Positions 38,901 through 51,100 of a DNA stretch of 64,000 nucleotides are shown here, piece after piece (the stretch's first letter is position 1; each line of letters opens with the position of its first letter). The notes below the pieces were generated by a model that worked only from the letters and a program-made list of their open reading frames with translations, did not search any database and was not told the DNA's origin. Made by a program: the position numbers and the translations under genes. The stretch comes from Massalongia carnosa (Eukaryota): assembly GCA_965645245.1 (NCBI GenBank), contig OZ287085.1, forward strand, positions 558,001 to 622,000, in the 5' to 3' direction.

Positions 38901-40742
38901 GTGGCCTAGTATGCATCAGTCTATCAAAAGATTTATTCGGAATTGCCACACCTGCAAAAGATCAAAACCATCTCGTCAGCGTTATCAAGGCTGGCTGCGT
39001 CCGCTACCCCCTCCAGAACGTAGATGGCGTGACGTCTCCATGGATTATATAGGACCACTGACTCCCAGCACCTTTATGGGAATCACCTATCGCTATGTCT
39101 TAGTGTTTATAGACCGTCTTTCCAAAATACGACACTTTGTCCTCACAGCAACCATGGAAGTTGAAGAAGCGGCCAATTCTTTCTATCAGAATGTCTGGAA
39201 ATTTCATGGCCTTCCCGATATCCTAGTCTCCGACCGCGGCTCTCAGTTTACCTCCGACTTCTGCGAACTGATGTGCAAAAGGTTGAAAATCGATGCAAAA
39301 CTTTCCACTGGTTATCATCCTGAGACTGATGGACAAACCGAAAGAGCTAATGCCACTATGGAGCATTATCTTAGGGCTTATGTCAACTACATGCAAGATG
39401 ACTGGGCACAATGACTTCCCGGCGCCGAATTCGCTAGCAATAACACCGACTCTTCTAGTATTCTAGCCTCCCCCTTCCTAGCCAACTTCGGACAACATCC
39501 TCGTGTGGGATTTGAACCGGAGGAACCGTTACCTCAAGACCTGACCGCTCAGGGAAGGGCAAACCTGATTGCAGCCAATCAGTTTGTGGACAAAATGCAG
39601 GACATCGATACTCATCTCCGAGACAAAATGCTAATGGCACAAGCATCTTATGAATCAACCGCAAATGCTAATCGACGTCCCTGCCCCCGCTATTTCGTAG
39701 GAGATATGGTATGGCTAAGCACCAGAAACATCCAGACCGCCCGCCCAACAGTTAAATTGGACGATCGAAACATCGGTCCCTATCGGGTCAGCAAGGTTTT
39801 TTCCAACCCACTGATTGTTCAAATCGAACTTCCCGATACCGTCAAAATTCATCCCGTTTTTCACGTCAATCTATTGCAACACGACGCCAATGACCCGCTT
39901 CCCGGACAAATGCCGGAGCCTCAAAACCCGTTATTGCTGAAGACGGCCAGCGAGAATGGTATGTAAATAGCATTCTGAACTCCAAACTCGATCGACGTTT
40001 CCAACCCCCACTTCTGAAGTATCTTGTCGGCTGGGAAGGACACGCCTCCACCTGGGAACCATTCAACTACATCACCAACTGTCAGCAAGCCTTAGACGAG
40101 TATCATCAAGCTTACCCCAACGTGGCTGGCCCTCATCTCACCCCGTGCCAAATTCCTCGTTGTCGGTGTCGTGATTAAAATTGCATCGCAGGAGCTCTGC
40201 CTTTGAGAGGGGAGCTACTGTCATGAAACGGCTTCGAACCAAAAGGATCTCGGCCTTATCCGTAGTTGCCCCCTCTATCCTGTCCCTACCTACCGTACCG
40301 CAGGTTCATTGGAGCTACCGCAGGTTCATTGGAGCTACCGCAGGTTCAGTAGACCTAACGCAGGTTCATTGGAACTACCGCGGGTTCATTGGACCTACCG
40401 CAGGTTCATTAGACCTACCACAGGTTCATTGGTCAGTGCGCGCTGTTCCAACCTTTCTCGATACGGTTAGATCGAGTACGGCTCCGCCTCCGATCTTCGA
40501 AACCATAATTACCCGGTCCCAATTAGGTGTCTTCGTATTAACTTAGGAAAAGGGGAGGAATAGGAGACATCGAAGATCAAGGAAACAAAGGGGTAAGGAG
40601 GTGAGGAACAGATATAAAAGAAGTAGTCGAGTCTCGAAAGTTCTGGCTCCTTGTCCGACGTCTTGAATAGCCAATAAAGCCTAGCTGTAGCTATAGACTC
40701 AGTCAATTAGAAAGCTTGACAATCCAATCAAGTCCCCTGACA

Positions 40743-40975
40743 AATTAACACTATGTAATAAATGACAATATGTATGACCCTGATATATAAGATGAAGAGT
40801 TGTTATAGAGCAGTCTTCTCTTTTTAAGTAGTCACCCTCTACTAAGCGAAGTGAAAATAGTTTATCCGAGCCTAGGTTGCTGAAGACAACGCTAAAGGTC
40901 TTAAGTAACCGATACGGTTAGACTGGAACTGATCTAATCTAATTTGTTGTACTGGTAGTAGTTGAATATTTAACA
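40743..40975 (-). repeat. Partial Copia-type LTR V
   Basis: Similar to 26897-27168; ends GTTGAATATTTAACA; other end abuts the Gypsy A 3' LTR. Confidence 0.6.
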
Positions 40976-42491
40976 CAATAATAAATCGATAATTATTTGT
41001 TTTTATCAAGCGTCAAATTGAATGTCTGTTACTGTTGAGTTTGCAAAACTTGATTACATGTTTCGCAATTTGTTTTGATTAGTCACATTGTGGTGGGGTG
41101 AGGTGGACTACTCTTAGATAATTGGGCAAGCGGTTATTTCTAGTGCGGAATGAGCACTTCCGAGTCATGTGACACCCTTAAGCAATGAGCTTATACTCTC
41201 GGTCGCTCACCTGTCGACACTTCAGTAGAAACGATAAGACACCGCCGGGAACTTGCACTTTTTCGGAATGTGTGAGTAAACGAACAACCGCTCATGCACC
41301 AGAAAGATGCTAGCAAAAGTATCCTGAGAAACGACCCAAATTTCCATTGAAGTCTATGAAAACAAGAGGGACAAAACCTCTGTTTCAAAAACTGAAACAC
41401 CATCAATGTCTCTCACCACGACAAATTTGCCAACTGTGAACAGTTGACTCACATTGGTCATGACCACTAGGCTGGAGAAGGTTATGACCATGACGAGTCT
41501 CAGCAGAAATTCTTGGCTTTTGGATAGTGCCGCAGACATGCACGTATGTAACAACAGATCTTCTTTCGCTGACGACATAGTCTATCCTACAGACCTGGCA
41601 GGCTCTACTTATAATGGTACTTCGCCAGGAAGGGGAATGATTCGTATAACGTTAGCATCAGAAGATGACACACCTTCGTCAGTACTCGTCCTTAATAACG
41701 TTCTTTATATTCTACAATGTCCAGTAAATCTTGTCAGTCTTGGATTACTCAATCAACATAAGGTCTACTTCGACAATCTGAACTGGAATCTGTTTCTTCT
41801 TTCAACCAGAGACATCATAGGCTATGCACCAAGAGTCAATACCAACTTTATGCTGAAGACCTTGTACATCCCAAACCTGGCTATTCATCTTACAAGAATA
41901 GAAGCCGATATCTTTCAATGGCCTGAGACGGCGATTTATCACACGTCCAGCAAGGTGAAATTGACAACATGGCACGCCCACCTCAACATCTCAAGCTGTC
42001 GGAAATATCTAAAAGGTCTATCCGTGCCACCCACATCGCTCGGGTCGCCTCGCTTAGTGCTAGCCAGCCATACAACCCAACTCAGCCATACAACCCAAAT
42101 CGTCAAATTTCAAGCATTCACCTTTCAACAATTTATCATCCATCACCACAGTGCCTGAATCATATACCGAAATCGAAAGTCGTATTACGAAGGCTATTTT
42201 TAAGGTAGCTGTCGTCGATTCTTTTCAACCGCTATTAAACTAAAATTTATCTACAAAGAAAGAAAAGAATTATTGTGCGCGACTCGCTAGAAATATCTGC
42301 GTCGAGTGTCGCGCTAGCCTCGCGCGATCCCGTGATCCCTCTTTCTATCTCGGCTGGCGCTAAGCCTAACCGGTTACCTCGAACACCTCTAAGGTCAACC
42401 TTCTATCTCTATGTCAGGCTAGGACCCTGACACTATCCCCCCCTTCTATGGGCGAGGTCTCCGAAGCGCTAAGTGGCAGGCGCCCTGTCAG

Positions 42492-45400
42492 CTAGCCTGT
42501 TTCTGTCAGGTCTTCTGGTCGTTTCGGCTTATGTGGGTGTTCGCGATGATATTGAAGGATTTTATCCTTGGAGTTCTTGAAGTCGGTCCATGATTGCCAG
42601 TAAGGGTTCGCATTCCATTCGTCCCAGTTGCCGACGAAAGTTGCTTTGTACTGCACTCCGAATTTCCTTGTTTCGCGGCAGTCTACTATTTCAAGGACTT
42701 CCCACTCTTCGTGAGCCTCCTCTTCGTCGTTCTCGACAATGGCTATGGGCGGTCCGGGCGGTAAGACTTGACCTGGGAATGGATTGGAAGGTGCTAGATG
42801 TAGCTTCCATGGATGAAAGATGGAAGTAAGATCAACGTTCTTTAACTGATCCGGGATCTCTAGTTCGTAGGCTTTATTGTCGATAATTCTTATTATCTTC
42901 CACGGGCCTGCGTTCTTGAAACTTAACGATCTGCTGGGTCTTTCGAAAGCGAAATGTTTGGCGTTAACATAAACCATGTCCCCGACCTTGTATTCGGGAT
43001 GAGGTTGGCGGCCTTTGTTTGCATGCCTTGTTTGTTCTTCCTGAGCCCAGGCTAATTGATCTCGAAGCCAGGTTCGCATGGCTTCCTGTCGTTCTATGAT
43101 CTTGTCAGCGTGCAGTATCTCCGCTCTTCCTTTTCCTTCATATGTGCCTGGTGGTTCGATGCCACAGCGCGGATGAAAGCCATGATCTGCGAAGAATGGG
43201 GTCATTCCCGTAGATACATTTACATGATTGTTGGCGGCAAACTCTGCGTCCGAGAGATAATCCACCCAGTTGTCTTGTGTGTAACTGACGTACGCTCGGA
43301 GGTAGTTCTTCATCACCTTGTTGGCGTTCTCGGTTTGACCGTCTGTTTCGGGGTGATGTGCGGAAGAGAATTTTATTCTCACCCCGTATCTTTCGCAAAC
43401 TCTTTTCCATAAGTGAGCGGTTAGTTGACTACCGCGATCGTTGACTGTTGATATAGGGAATCCGTAAGAGGAGAATAATCTTCTGGACATCGCGTCCATC
43501 AGTTCGTCAGTAGAGAGAGATGTTAGTGGTTCGTATAATCGTCTTTTCGTTAAACGATCTACTATCACCAATATGTGCTGATAGACTCTGTTCCGTCTTC
43601 GGCATTCTGGAAGAAATTCAACGAAGTCCAATGATACGTCCATCCATTTTCTATTCGGGATGGGGAGAGGATTCAACAGTCCCTGCTTCTTGTCGTTGTA
43701 TGCTTTTGATCTACGACATACTGAGCAGTTCACGGCGTATCTCTTGCAGTGCTCCTTCATGTCGAACCAGAAGTAATTTTCTCTCATTATTTGATACATA
43801 CTTTTGTATCCCGGATGGCCCTGTAATGGTGGTTCGTGATGCTTTTGCAGTAAATGCAATTGCAATGACTCGTGATCTGGTACGTATAATCTTCCTTTGA
43901 CATACAGCTTGTCGTTTTCTAATTTGAGGTCCCCCATGGCTAGCTTTATCCCTCTTTTTATGAGGTTCAGTGGGAGTTTTCTCAGTTCCTTCTTCTTTGC
44001 TGCTATTATGTCTTGAACCGTTTCGTCCTTTTCGTAAGCCTCTTCTATTAGTTCTTCCAAGGTCTTCGTTATCGAGCTCTCGGTCACGTCGGTCACTGGT
44101 GTATGTTCTGCGTTAGGTTCCTCTGATTCTGTTGCGTCTTCCTCAGTGGCTACGCTTCGATCATCTTGATCGTTATCGTTATCGTCGTCTATCGTGTTTG
44201 CGCAGAACACGACCGCTAACGCTTTTCGTATATCGTCATCTAGTTGATGCTCCTGCAACAACGTTTGAAATTGATGTTGCTCTCTGATATCTTCGAATCC
44301 CTTCGGGAGATCTTGAGAGCGTCGGGTCAGCGTGTCCGGTTTTTCTCCTTGCTTCCCCGGTCGATACATTATCTTGAAATTAAACTCGGAAAGAAATTCA
44401 GCCCATCTGGCTTGTCTTCTGTTTAGCTGCTTTGTCGTCATAAAATGCTCCAAATTCTTGTGATCGGTGTATACTTTAACGGGTTTGTCAGGAGCAGCAC
44501 TTGCAACTTCGGGACGCCAGACTTCGAAGCTCTTTACAATTGCGAGGAGCTCCTTATCGTAAATCATATAGTTACACTCGGCAGGGGTCATCTTTTTGGA
44601 GAAATAAGCCACTGGTTTCAGTACTCCGTCGTGCATTTGAGAGAGTACTCCGGCGCTAACGAAATCTGAAGAGTCAGTCTCGACCCACGTTTCCAGGGCC
44701 GGGTCGTAATGTGCTAAAACGGGAGCGGTGGTGAATGCATTCTTTAAATCTTCGAAGGCTTTCTGACAATCTTCGGACCAAACGAACGAGTTATACTTGG
44801 TTCGTTTCTTTCCTGATTTAGTTGTTATTTGTTCACCCTTCGTTAACTCTGTTAATGGTCTCGTTCGTTGCGAAAACCTCGATATAAATCGTCGATAAAA
44901 ATTCGCAAAGCCTAAGAATGCTTGCACGTCTTTGACGGATCCTGGGGTCTCCCATTTTAGAATCGCCTCGATTTTCTCCGGGTCCATTTTTATCCCCTCG
45001 GTGGTGACTATCAGTCCAAGATACTTTACCTTCGTTACGGAGAATTCGCATTTGTCTATATCCACTTGCAGTCCTTTCTCTTTCAATCGAGTTAGGACTA
45101 TTAACACTTGTTCGGAATGCTCTTCTTCGTTTTCGCTGTAAATCAAGACATCGTCTAAATACGCCGTGCAGAAAACGTCTAAATATTCTCTGACTGTGTC
45201 GTTGATGAAGCTTTGAAAAGTCCCTGGAGCGTTGCAGAGACCGAATGGCATCACCAGATATTCGAACTGACCATATCTGGTATTGAAAGCTGTGAGCCAC
45301 TCATGGCCTTCTTTCATTCTCATACGATTGAACGCGCTAATCACATCCAGTTTCGTGAACTTCTTGGCTTGCGACAGTTTTCCCAATGTCTCATTTATCA

Positions 45401-46505
45401 ACGGTATTGGATACCTGTTCTTGATGGTGATGGAGTTCAAGGCTCTATAATCTACGCAGAATCTTAGGCCACCCCCTGGTTTCCTAACTAGAAGAACGGG
45501 GGCTGCTGCGCTTGAAGAGCTAGGACGGATGAAACCTTTTTCCAGATGTTCATCGATGTATTTTTTAACTGCTTCCAGTTCTTGTTCTGACATGGGCTTG
45601 TAGTTCCTCACGTACGGAGCCTCTTTTCCTGCTTCGAGGATTATCTGGTGATCCTCCTTTCGATGTTCGGGCAGTTCGTCTGCCTTGTGCTTCATGAAGA
45701 CATCTATTACGCTGTGATAAGCTGCTGGGACTCTCTTCAACAACTCCTCTCGGGTGTATTCCGGTTTTCCCTTCATGAACTTGTCGTAATCTCCCGATGT
45801 CACTGCTCCGGTGATAGTTGCGCATAAGGCCTTCTTTGTTTCTCGAGGAACCCATAGGTAACCCTCGTGATCCTTCTTTCTGACCATTCGAAAGAAGTGT
45901 TTTGCGTTGACTGGGAGAACTTCGATATCTTCTTTAGGCTCGGTCCTATTCTTAACCCTGCCTCCCACAGCGAATTCGGTGCAACTTATCCCTCGTGTAA
46001 GACATCCCTTTTCGAGGCAATCAGATGAGTTGAACTTCATCGTTCTCTCTTTCCAATTGATCATTGGGTTGTGCGTTTGCAGCCATCCATCCCCTAGAAT
46101 GACTGCGTACGCTTCTAGTTTTGCTAAATAACATAAGACTTGCTCTTCGTGATCTCCAATTTTCACGTCGATCAAGGCGGCCTTCGAGAGGAGCTGTACT
46201 ACCTCTCCATTTCCCAAAGTAAGTTTCACCTTCTTATCCAGTTTGAAGGTGTTCAATTTGTGTTTACGCACAAAGGATTCGTCAATGAGTTCAGCTTCAC
46301 TTCCATTATCGATCAGTAAACGGGTTTTAATTCCAGCTATGCTAGTTTTAAAAACTAAATGCTTGCCCTCGATTTTCTTTTCAGTATCGCGGACAGCACA
46401 AGTAGAGACCCTAATCATCTTCATTTCAGTGTCACTGTTCTCACTAACAACCTCCTTATTTGTACGCCCTTGATCGCGATTTTGATCAAGGACTAGACTT
46501 TTCCC
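42492..46505 (-). CDS. pol: Gypsy E Pol (protease, RT, RNase H, integrase, chromodomain), reached by -1 frameshift
   Basis: 1310-aa ORF open upstream to the slippery site; LIDNGSE, YLDD, ETDSSD, HHCC zinc finger, ETDGQTE, EWEVLEIVD. Confidence 0.95.
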   Translation of the reverse strand, partial: GKSLVLDQNRDQGRTNKEVVSENSDTEMKMIRVSTCAVRDTEKKIEGKHLVFKTSIAGIKTRLLIDNGSEAELIDESFVRKHKLNTFKLDKKVKLTLGNGEVVQLLSKAALIDVKIGDHEEQVLCYLAKLEAYAVILGDGWLQTHNPMINWKERTMKFNSSDCLEKGCLTRGISCTEFAVGGRVKNRTEPKEDIEVLPVNAKHFFRMVRKKDHEGYLWVPRETKKALCATITGAVTSGDYDKFMKGKPEYTREELLKRVPAAYHSVIDVFMKHKADELPEHRKEDHQIILEAGKEAPYVRNYKPMSEQELEAVKKYIDEHLEKGFIRPSSSSAAAPVLLVRKPGGGLRFCVDYRALNSITIKNRYPIPLINETLGKLSQAKKFTKLDVISAFNRMRMKEGHEWLTAFNTRYGQFEYLVMPFGLCNAPGTFQSFINDTVREYLDVFCTAYLDDVLIYSENEEEHSEQVLIVLTRLKEKGLQVDIDKCEFSVTKVKYLGLIVTTEGIKMDPEKIEAILKWETPGSVKDVQAFLGFANFYRRFISRFSQRTRPLTELTKGEQITTKSGKKRTKYNSFVWSEDCQKAFEDLKNAFTTAPVLAHYDPALETWVETDSSDFVSAGVLSQMHDGVLKPVAYFSKKMTPAECNYMIYDKELLAIVKSFEVWRPEVASAAPDKPVKVYTDHKNLEHFMTTKQLNRRQARWAEFLSEFNFKIMYRPGKQGEKPDTLTRRSQDLPKGFEDIREQHQFQTLLQEHQLDDDIRKALAVVFCANTIDDDNDNDQDDRSVATEEDATESEEPNAEHTPVTDVTESSITKTLEELIEEAYEKDETVQDIIAAKKKELRKLPLNLIKRGIKLAMGDLKLENDKLYVKGRLYVPDHESLQLHLLQKHHEPPLQGHPGYKSMYQIMRENYFWFDMKEHCKRYAVNCSVCRRSKAYNDKKQGLLNPLPIPNRKWMDVSLDFVEFLPECRRRNRVYQHILVIVDRLTKRRLYEPLTSLSTDELMDAMSRRLFSSYGFPISTVNDRGSQLTAHLWKRVCERYGVRIKFSSAHHPETDGQTENANKVMKNYLRAYVSYTQDNWVDYLSDAEFAANNHVNVSTGMTPFFADHGFHPRCGIEPPGTYEGKGRAEILHADKIIERQEAMRTWLRDQLAWAQEEQTRHANKGRQPHPEYKVGDMVYVNAKHFAFERPSRSLSFKNAGPWKIIRIIDNKAYELEIPDQLKNVDLTSIFHPWKLHLAPSNPFPGQVLPPGPPIAIVENDEEEAHEEWEVLEIVDCRETRKFGVQYKATFVGNWDEWNANPYWQSWTDFKNSKDKILQYHREHPHKPKRPEDLTETG
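46468..46505 (-). promoter_or_regulatory. -1 ribosomal frameshift signal
   Basis: G GGA AAA heptamer, 7-nt spacer, stem CCTTGATC-N8-GATCAAGG; -1 frame is continuous with pol. Confidence 0.8.
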
Positions 46506-48139
46506 GCATCAGATTCCGTTCCTGAATCTGTTTCTACAGTTCCCATGGTGCTCAGATTCTTGTCCTTGTATTGAGGACAGATGGTATCGTGTCCTCGATG
46601 TCCCGATCCCCTACATGCCCAGCATCGGCGTTGGCGGGAGAGGGACTCACGATCGTCATCCTTCAGCTTCTTTGGGTTCGGGTCTGGATCGTACCACGTG
46701 CCTACCCAACCGGCCGGCTTGACTATTGTTGGCGTCAGCTTCGCGTTTGGCCGATCGTCCGATTTTCTGGAGTTGATCTGGTTGGTGGAGGCTGAGACGG
46801 ACTTTCCACCGGAGGATTGGTTTGAGGACTGTCCACCGGAGAAGTTGCTTCGTTGGCCGGAGTTCTTCGTTGCAGCTGGTTTATCGGGGCGGGGAAAGTG
46901 ATGTGCCACATCTTTGCGGCGGTCTTCGATTCTTCGTGCTTCGTCAAGTAGAGGGCGGAAATCGGTAAAGACGGAACCCATAAGAGAGCTGGAGATGCTA
47001 GGCTTTAACGTCACGAGGAACTTTTCAATTCGCTCGTCAACGGGAGTTTTGGCTTTCTGCCATAGCTTGAAGATTCGGTGGTAATACTCGCTGACGCTTT
47101 CGCCCCCTTTCATGGTGACGGTGAGGAGTTCTTTCTTGGCGTCGCGGCTCTGGAGGTGGATGCCCATGTAGTGTTCTATCTCTTCGAACAAAGCATCGGC
47201 CGATAGTGAGTCTCCCATATCCGCTACCCAAGAATGCATAGCCCCGAAGATCGGCGCTTCCATTTGAGACAGCGCGTAACCGACCTTTTCACTCTCGTCG
47301 GCGTAGAGGGGTGCGTCTGTCTTCAGTTTGTTGCGGACGGAGTACGCCCAAGGGCTATACTCCTCCGAGTCTTCACCTTTTAGTGGCTTGCTAGGGTTTA
47401 TACCACGAGGTCGCCAATTCTGAGGATTGTAGTTAGTGCTTGAGGTAGCAACGGTGTCTTCCCGTTGCTGACGTGGTGTTTCCTGTGTTTCCGCAAACTG
47501 GCGGATCAAGGAGTCTCTGTCTTTCTGTAATCTCTCTTTTGCTAGAGTCGTTGTCTCCAATTCGATATCTCTATGCGAGAGTTCTTCTTGCGCGAGAAGG
47601 GCCTCTCGTTCGGCATCATCCTTTTCTGCGATGAGACGTTCATTTACTTGCTTGTAACGTCTGTTGATCTTTTTTGCTTCGGCAAGCTTCTCCTGATCGT
47701 TCTGCATAGAGATGTATTTTTCGAATAGGGTCTTATCGTATTCGAGCGCTCTCGCGAGAAAATCGTACCATCGGGGTCCTTCTTTCTCATCTCGCAAGAT
47801 GCTCTGCAATTCTTTCAAGTTGTGTGCCACGACGAGAGACGGATGCTCCGCTGCATCCTGTTCGTAGTATGGGTGGTTGGAGACGTCTATTGTTTGGAAA
47901 ATTTCCTTTTCTTTTCCGCGCCCTGCTCTTGAGGTTTTTTCCCACGTCCCCTCCGTGGTTTCTCTCATTTGCTCGTTCTGCAGTAGCTCGGAGTCTTCGA
48001 ACGTTCCTGGCATACTGCTATCCGAACGACACGAATGGCGGGAGGCGGAACGAGCGCGGGTGTTAAATGCTGGACCAGTCTGAGCCTCCGTGGGAGGGGC
48101 TCCGACTTTTCTTGCTGTCATGGGCGTTTTTGAGCTCAT
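46493..48139 (-). CDS. gag: Gypsy E Gag (548 aa)
   Basis: Coiled-coil N-half, ESVSEYY major-homology-like region, CWACRGSGHRGHDTIC zinc knuckle. Confidence 0.92.
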   Translation of the reverse strand: MSSKTPMTARKVGAPPTEAQTGPAFNTRARSASRHSCRSDSSMPGTFEDSELLQNEQMRETTEGTWEKTSRAGRGKEKEIFQTIDVSNHPYYEQDAAEHPSLVVAHNLKELQSILRDEKEGPRWYDFLARALEYDKTLFEKYISMQNDQEKLAEAKKINRRYKQVNERLIAEKDDAEREALLAQEELSHRDIELETTTLAKERLQKDRDSLIRQFAETQETPRQQREDTVATSSTNYNPQNWRPRGINPSKPLKGEDSEEYSPWAYSVRNKLKTDAPLYADESEKVGYALSQMEAPIFGAMHSWVADMGDSLSADALFEEIEHYMGIHLQSRDAKKELLTVTMKGGESVSEYYHRIFKLWQKAKTPVDERIEKFLVTLKPSISSSLMGSVFTDFRPLLDEARRIEDRRKDVAHHFPRPDKPAATKNSGQRSNFSGGQSSNQSSGGKSVSASTNQINSRKSDDRPNAKLTPTIVKPAGWVGTWYDPDPNPKKLKDDDRESLSRQRRCWACRGSGHRGHDTICPQYKDKNLSTMGTVETDSGTESDAGKV

Positions 48140-51100
48140 GACTGGATACTGGAAGTGGGAAAGCTTGATTCCCTGGCTCTGAAAATTCTGGAAGTTCTGG
48201 AATTTGGATCGGTTTGGATTCGCACAAACGATCAGTCTGGAAGGTTACTGGAACGGGTCTTCACCCTAACTGGAAGGAAGTTGCTGGAACGGGACCTCGT
48301 CCCTACTGGAAGTTCTGGAAGAAAGAATACTGATAGGTAGGTAGATAAATTGTGTAAGGTAGCTGTCGTCGATTCTTTTCAACCGCTATTAAACTAAAAT
48401 TTATCTACAAAGAAAGAAAAGAATTATAGTGCGCGACTCGCTAGAAATATCTGCGTCGAGTGTCGCGCTAGCCTCGCGCGATCCCGTGATCCCTCTTTCT
48501 ATCTCGGCTGGCGCTAAGCCTAACCGGTTACCTCGAACACCTCTAAGGTCAACCTTCTATCTCTATGTCAGGCTAGGACCCTGACACTATTGACGCCTTA
48601 AACACGCGGAAAAACGCGAAACTTCGAGCAATTGCACGAGAATTGGAAGTACCTAGAGAAAGACTTCGTTCTCGATATCATGGGGCCCCATCTAAATCAG
48701 AGATACGAGGACTGCATACTAGACGTGTGAAACCGGATCAAGAGTCGGCCCTATATATGTATATCAAGAAACTGGACTCTTTGAACATACCTGCCCGATT
48801 TCACATGGTAGAAATCGCAGCAAATTCTATTCTTCGTCAAACAGCTCCTGTTTCGGAACCGCCTCCTTTGATCGGGTCGCATTGGACCAAGAAATAGTTA
48901 AATCGTCAGCCCGATTTATTCAAAGTTCGACGAAAACCTCTAGCTGTTGAGCGAAAAAAATGCGCATGATTTAGAGTTGCTAATGGCTCACTTTAAAAAA
49001 TAAAAAGAGGTGATTGATAAGTATGGCATAGATCCTCAAGATCAGTGGAATTTTGATGAAACCGGGTATCGCATTGGCATGGCACGTAATGATTGGACAA
49101 TCAGTGCATGAAAAGACCGAAGGATCTAAAATAACGATCCATCAAACAGAGAATCACTGACCGGAGTAGAATGTATCAACGGGACTGGACGAGACATTCC
49201 CCCTATGCTGATTCTGACTGGTATCAGCATTCTCGCTCCCTTTTTCCTCAACGATCTTAGCGATGATGTTCTTATTACTACTGCTGAATCAGGTCATTCA
49301 AATGACTGGCTGGCCTTGCAATAGATTAAACACTTTGATAAACACTCTCGAAACATTCGAAAGGGGGCATGGAGACTGTTGATTATGGATGGACATGGAT
49401 CTCATCATACTCGTGAGTTTTCAGAGTATTGTGACGCTCATAACATCATTCCATTTGGATTACTATCACATACTACTCACTTCTTGCAACCGCTTGATGT
49501 ATGTGTGTTTCAACCTTTAAAGCATTGGCATTCCGAGGCTGTCAATGAGGCAATTCAGAACGGTGATGAAACGTTCTCTAAAGTGGAATTTCTAGCTGCA
49601 TTCAACACCTTTCGGGCAACGGCCTTCAAATCAACAACGATTACGTCTGCATGGAGAAAAACCGGCCTAATTCCATATAATCCAGAGGTGTTTCTTCAAA
49701 AGGTCAGGGATAGTTTACCACCCCTCCGCGAGACTACCCCACCCTCGTCGATTCAATCAATACAAGAGACCCCTAGAACTGTCAGACAATTGAGTACAGT
49801 AGCCGCAGACATTATGATGCATTCCCGTTGTTCGGATGAACTTACACAAATGATAGCAAAATTTGTAAAGGGGGCTGTTTCGGAAGTCCGAAAAGGAGAA
49901 CTTCTCGAACAACGATGGGATCAACAAACAAAGGCCGAAAAAGTTCGAAAAGCATGCAAACGAGAGAGCAATAAGGTACTTCAGATTGGGGGCATACTTA
50001 CTGCAAGAAAGGCTCGATCAATGATTAGTGATAGGCAGAATCAGGGGGCTCAGAGGGAGAAGGATCGAATGATCGCATGGGAAAAGCGATATTCTTTGGC
50101 ACTGGGCAAGGTGGCTAGACAAACCAAAGCTCATCGAAAGTTGAAGATGACCAAAAGTATGAATAGCATCAAAAGATAGGAGGAAGAACTGAAGAAATTG
50201 TTGAAAAAACCCCGATATATGTAGAGGAGTAGCATTTTGGGTTGTATGGCTGGCTAGCACTAAGCGAGGAGACCCGAGCGATGTGGGTGGCACGGATAGA
50301 TGTATCGTTTCTGGATGACATCAAGGATGATTGGTACTGTTCCTCCTGTGAACTAGATCATCAAGCCTGGAAAACTATGATGCACTATCTCCACTCGACG
50401 TTGCCGAACCACAAACATATCATCAGTCAGGCCATGAATTCTGCATATTCAGAAGAATGGAGTCGATCAATGAATGACGAACATAACAGTCTCTTGGAAA
50501 AATATACCTGGGACCTAGTATCATCTGATTCAATGGAGCCTGGCCATAATGATCTTAGCGGAAGATGGGTGTACAAACTGAAACGAGACATAGATAGAAA
50601 GATCACACGATTCAAATCTAGATGGGTGGTGAAAGGCTATCTCCAATAGTATGGACTAGATTTTGAATAGACCTATGCTTCCGTCGTGAAACCGATGGCT
50701 TTTCGATTGCTATTTGCCATAGCTGCATTTTATGACCTAGACATCGAACAGCTTGAGGTCGTGACAGTGCTCCTTTATGGAGTAATTGATCAATTGATCT
50801 ACGTCTAGACTCCCAAAGGATATGAAACGCCAGGCATGATTTGCAAACTTAATAAGGCACTATATGGTTTGAAACAGTCTCCACGTCTCTGGTACGAACC
50901 TCTATCAGAATTCTTATTGAGCAAATTAGGACTGTTCAAACTTCAAGCAGATCATAGTATCTTTTCCACCTTCGCTGGCATTAAAGGGCCCATTGTCACC
51001 TCATTTGTTGACGATCTGAAAATAATCGGCCCGAAAGGCTCTCCGATGATTACAGAGGTCAAAAAGTAACTCAATATCGCATTTAAAATGGTAGATGTTG

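Larger units (their letters stand above)
28909..40742 (+). mobile_element. Ty3/Gypsy chromovirus A; LTRs 28909-29451 and 40219-40742; interrupted by Copia B
   Basis: TG..CA LTRs, TSD AATTC/AATTA, PPT GAGAGGGGAG at 40205; gag 29525-30702; PR LVDCGASG (35965), RT YLDD and RNase H (36463-38826), integrase (38881-39414), GPY/F, chromodomain (~39955-40120); several stops and frameshifts. Confidence 0.95.
42199..48586 (-). mobile_element. Ty3/Gypsy chromovirus E, apparently intact; 234-bp LTRs 42199-42432 and 48353-48586
   Basis: Perfect CTATT TSD; LTRs differ at ~2 sites; PPT adjacent to 42433; uninterrupted gag and pol. Confidence 0.97.
42021..50296 (+). mobile_element. pogo/Fot1-type DNA transposon with disrupted transposase (42151-42198 + 48592-50179)
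   Basis: ~60-bp TIR TCCGTGCCACCCACATCGCTCGGGTC... with one mismatch; TA TSD; WNFDETG, MDGHGSH, QPLDV motifs; stops. Confidence 0.93.
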
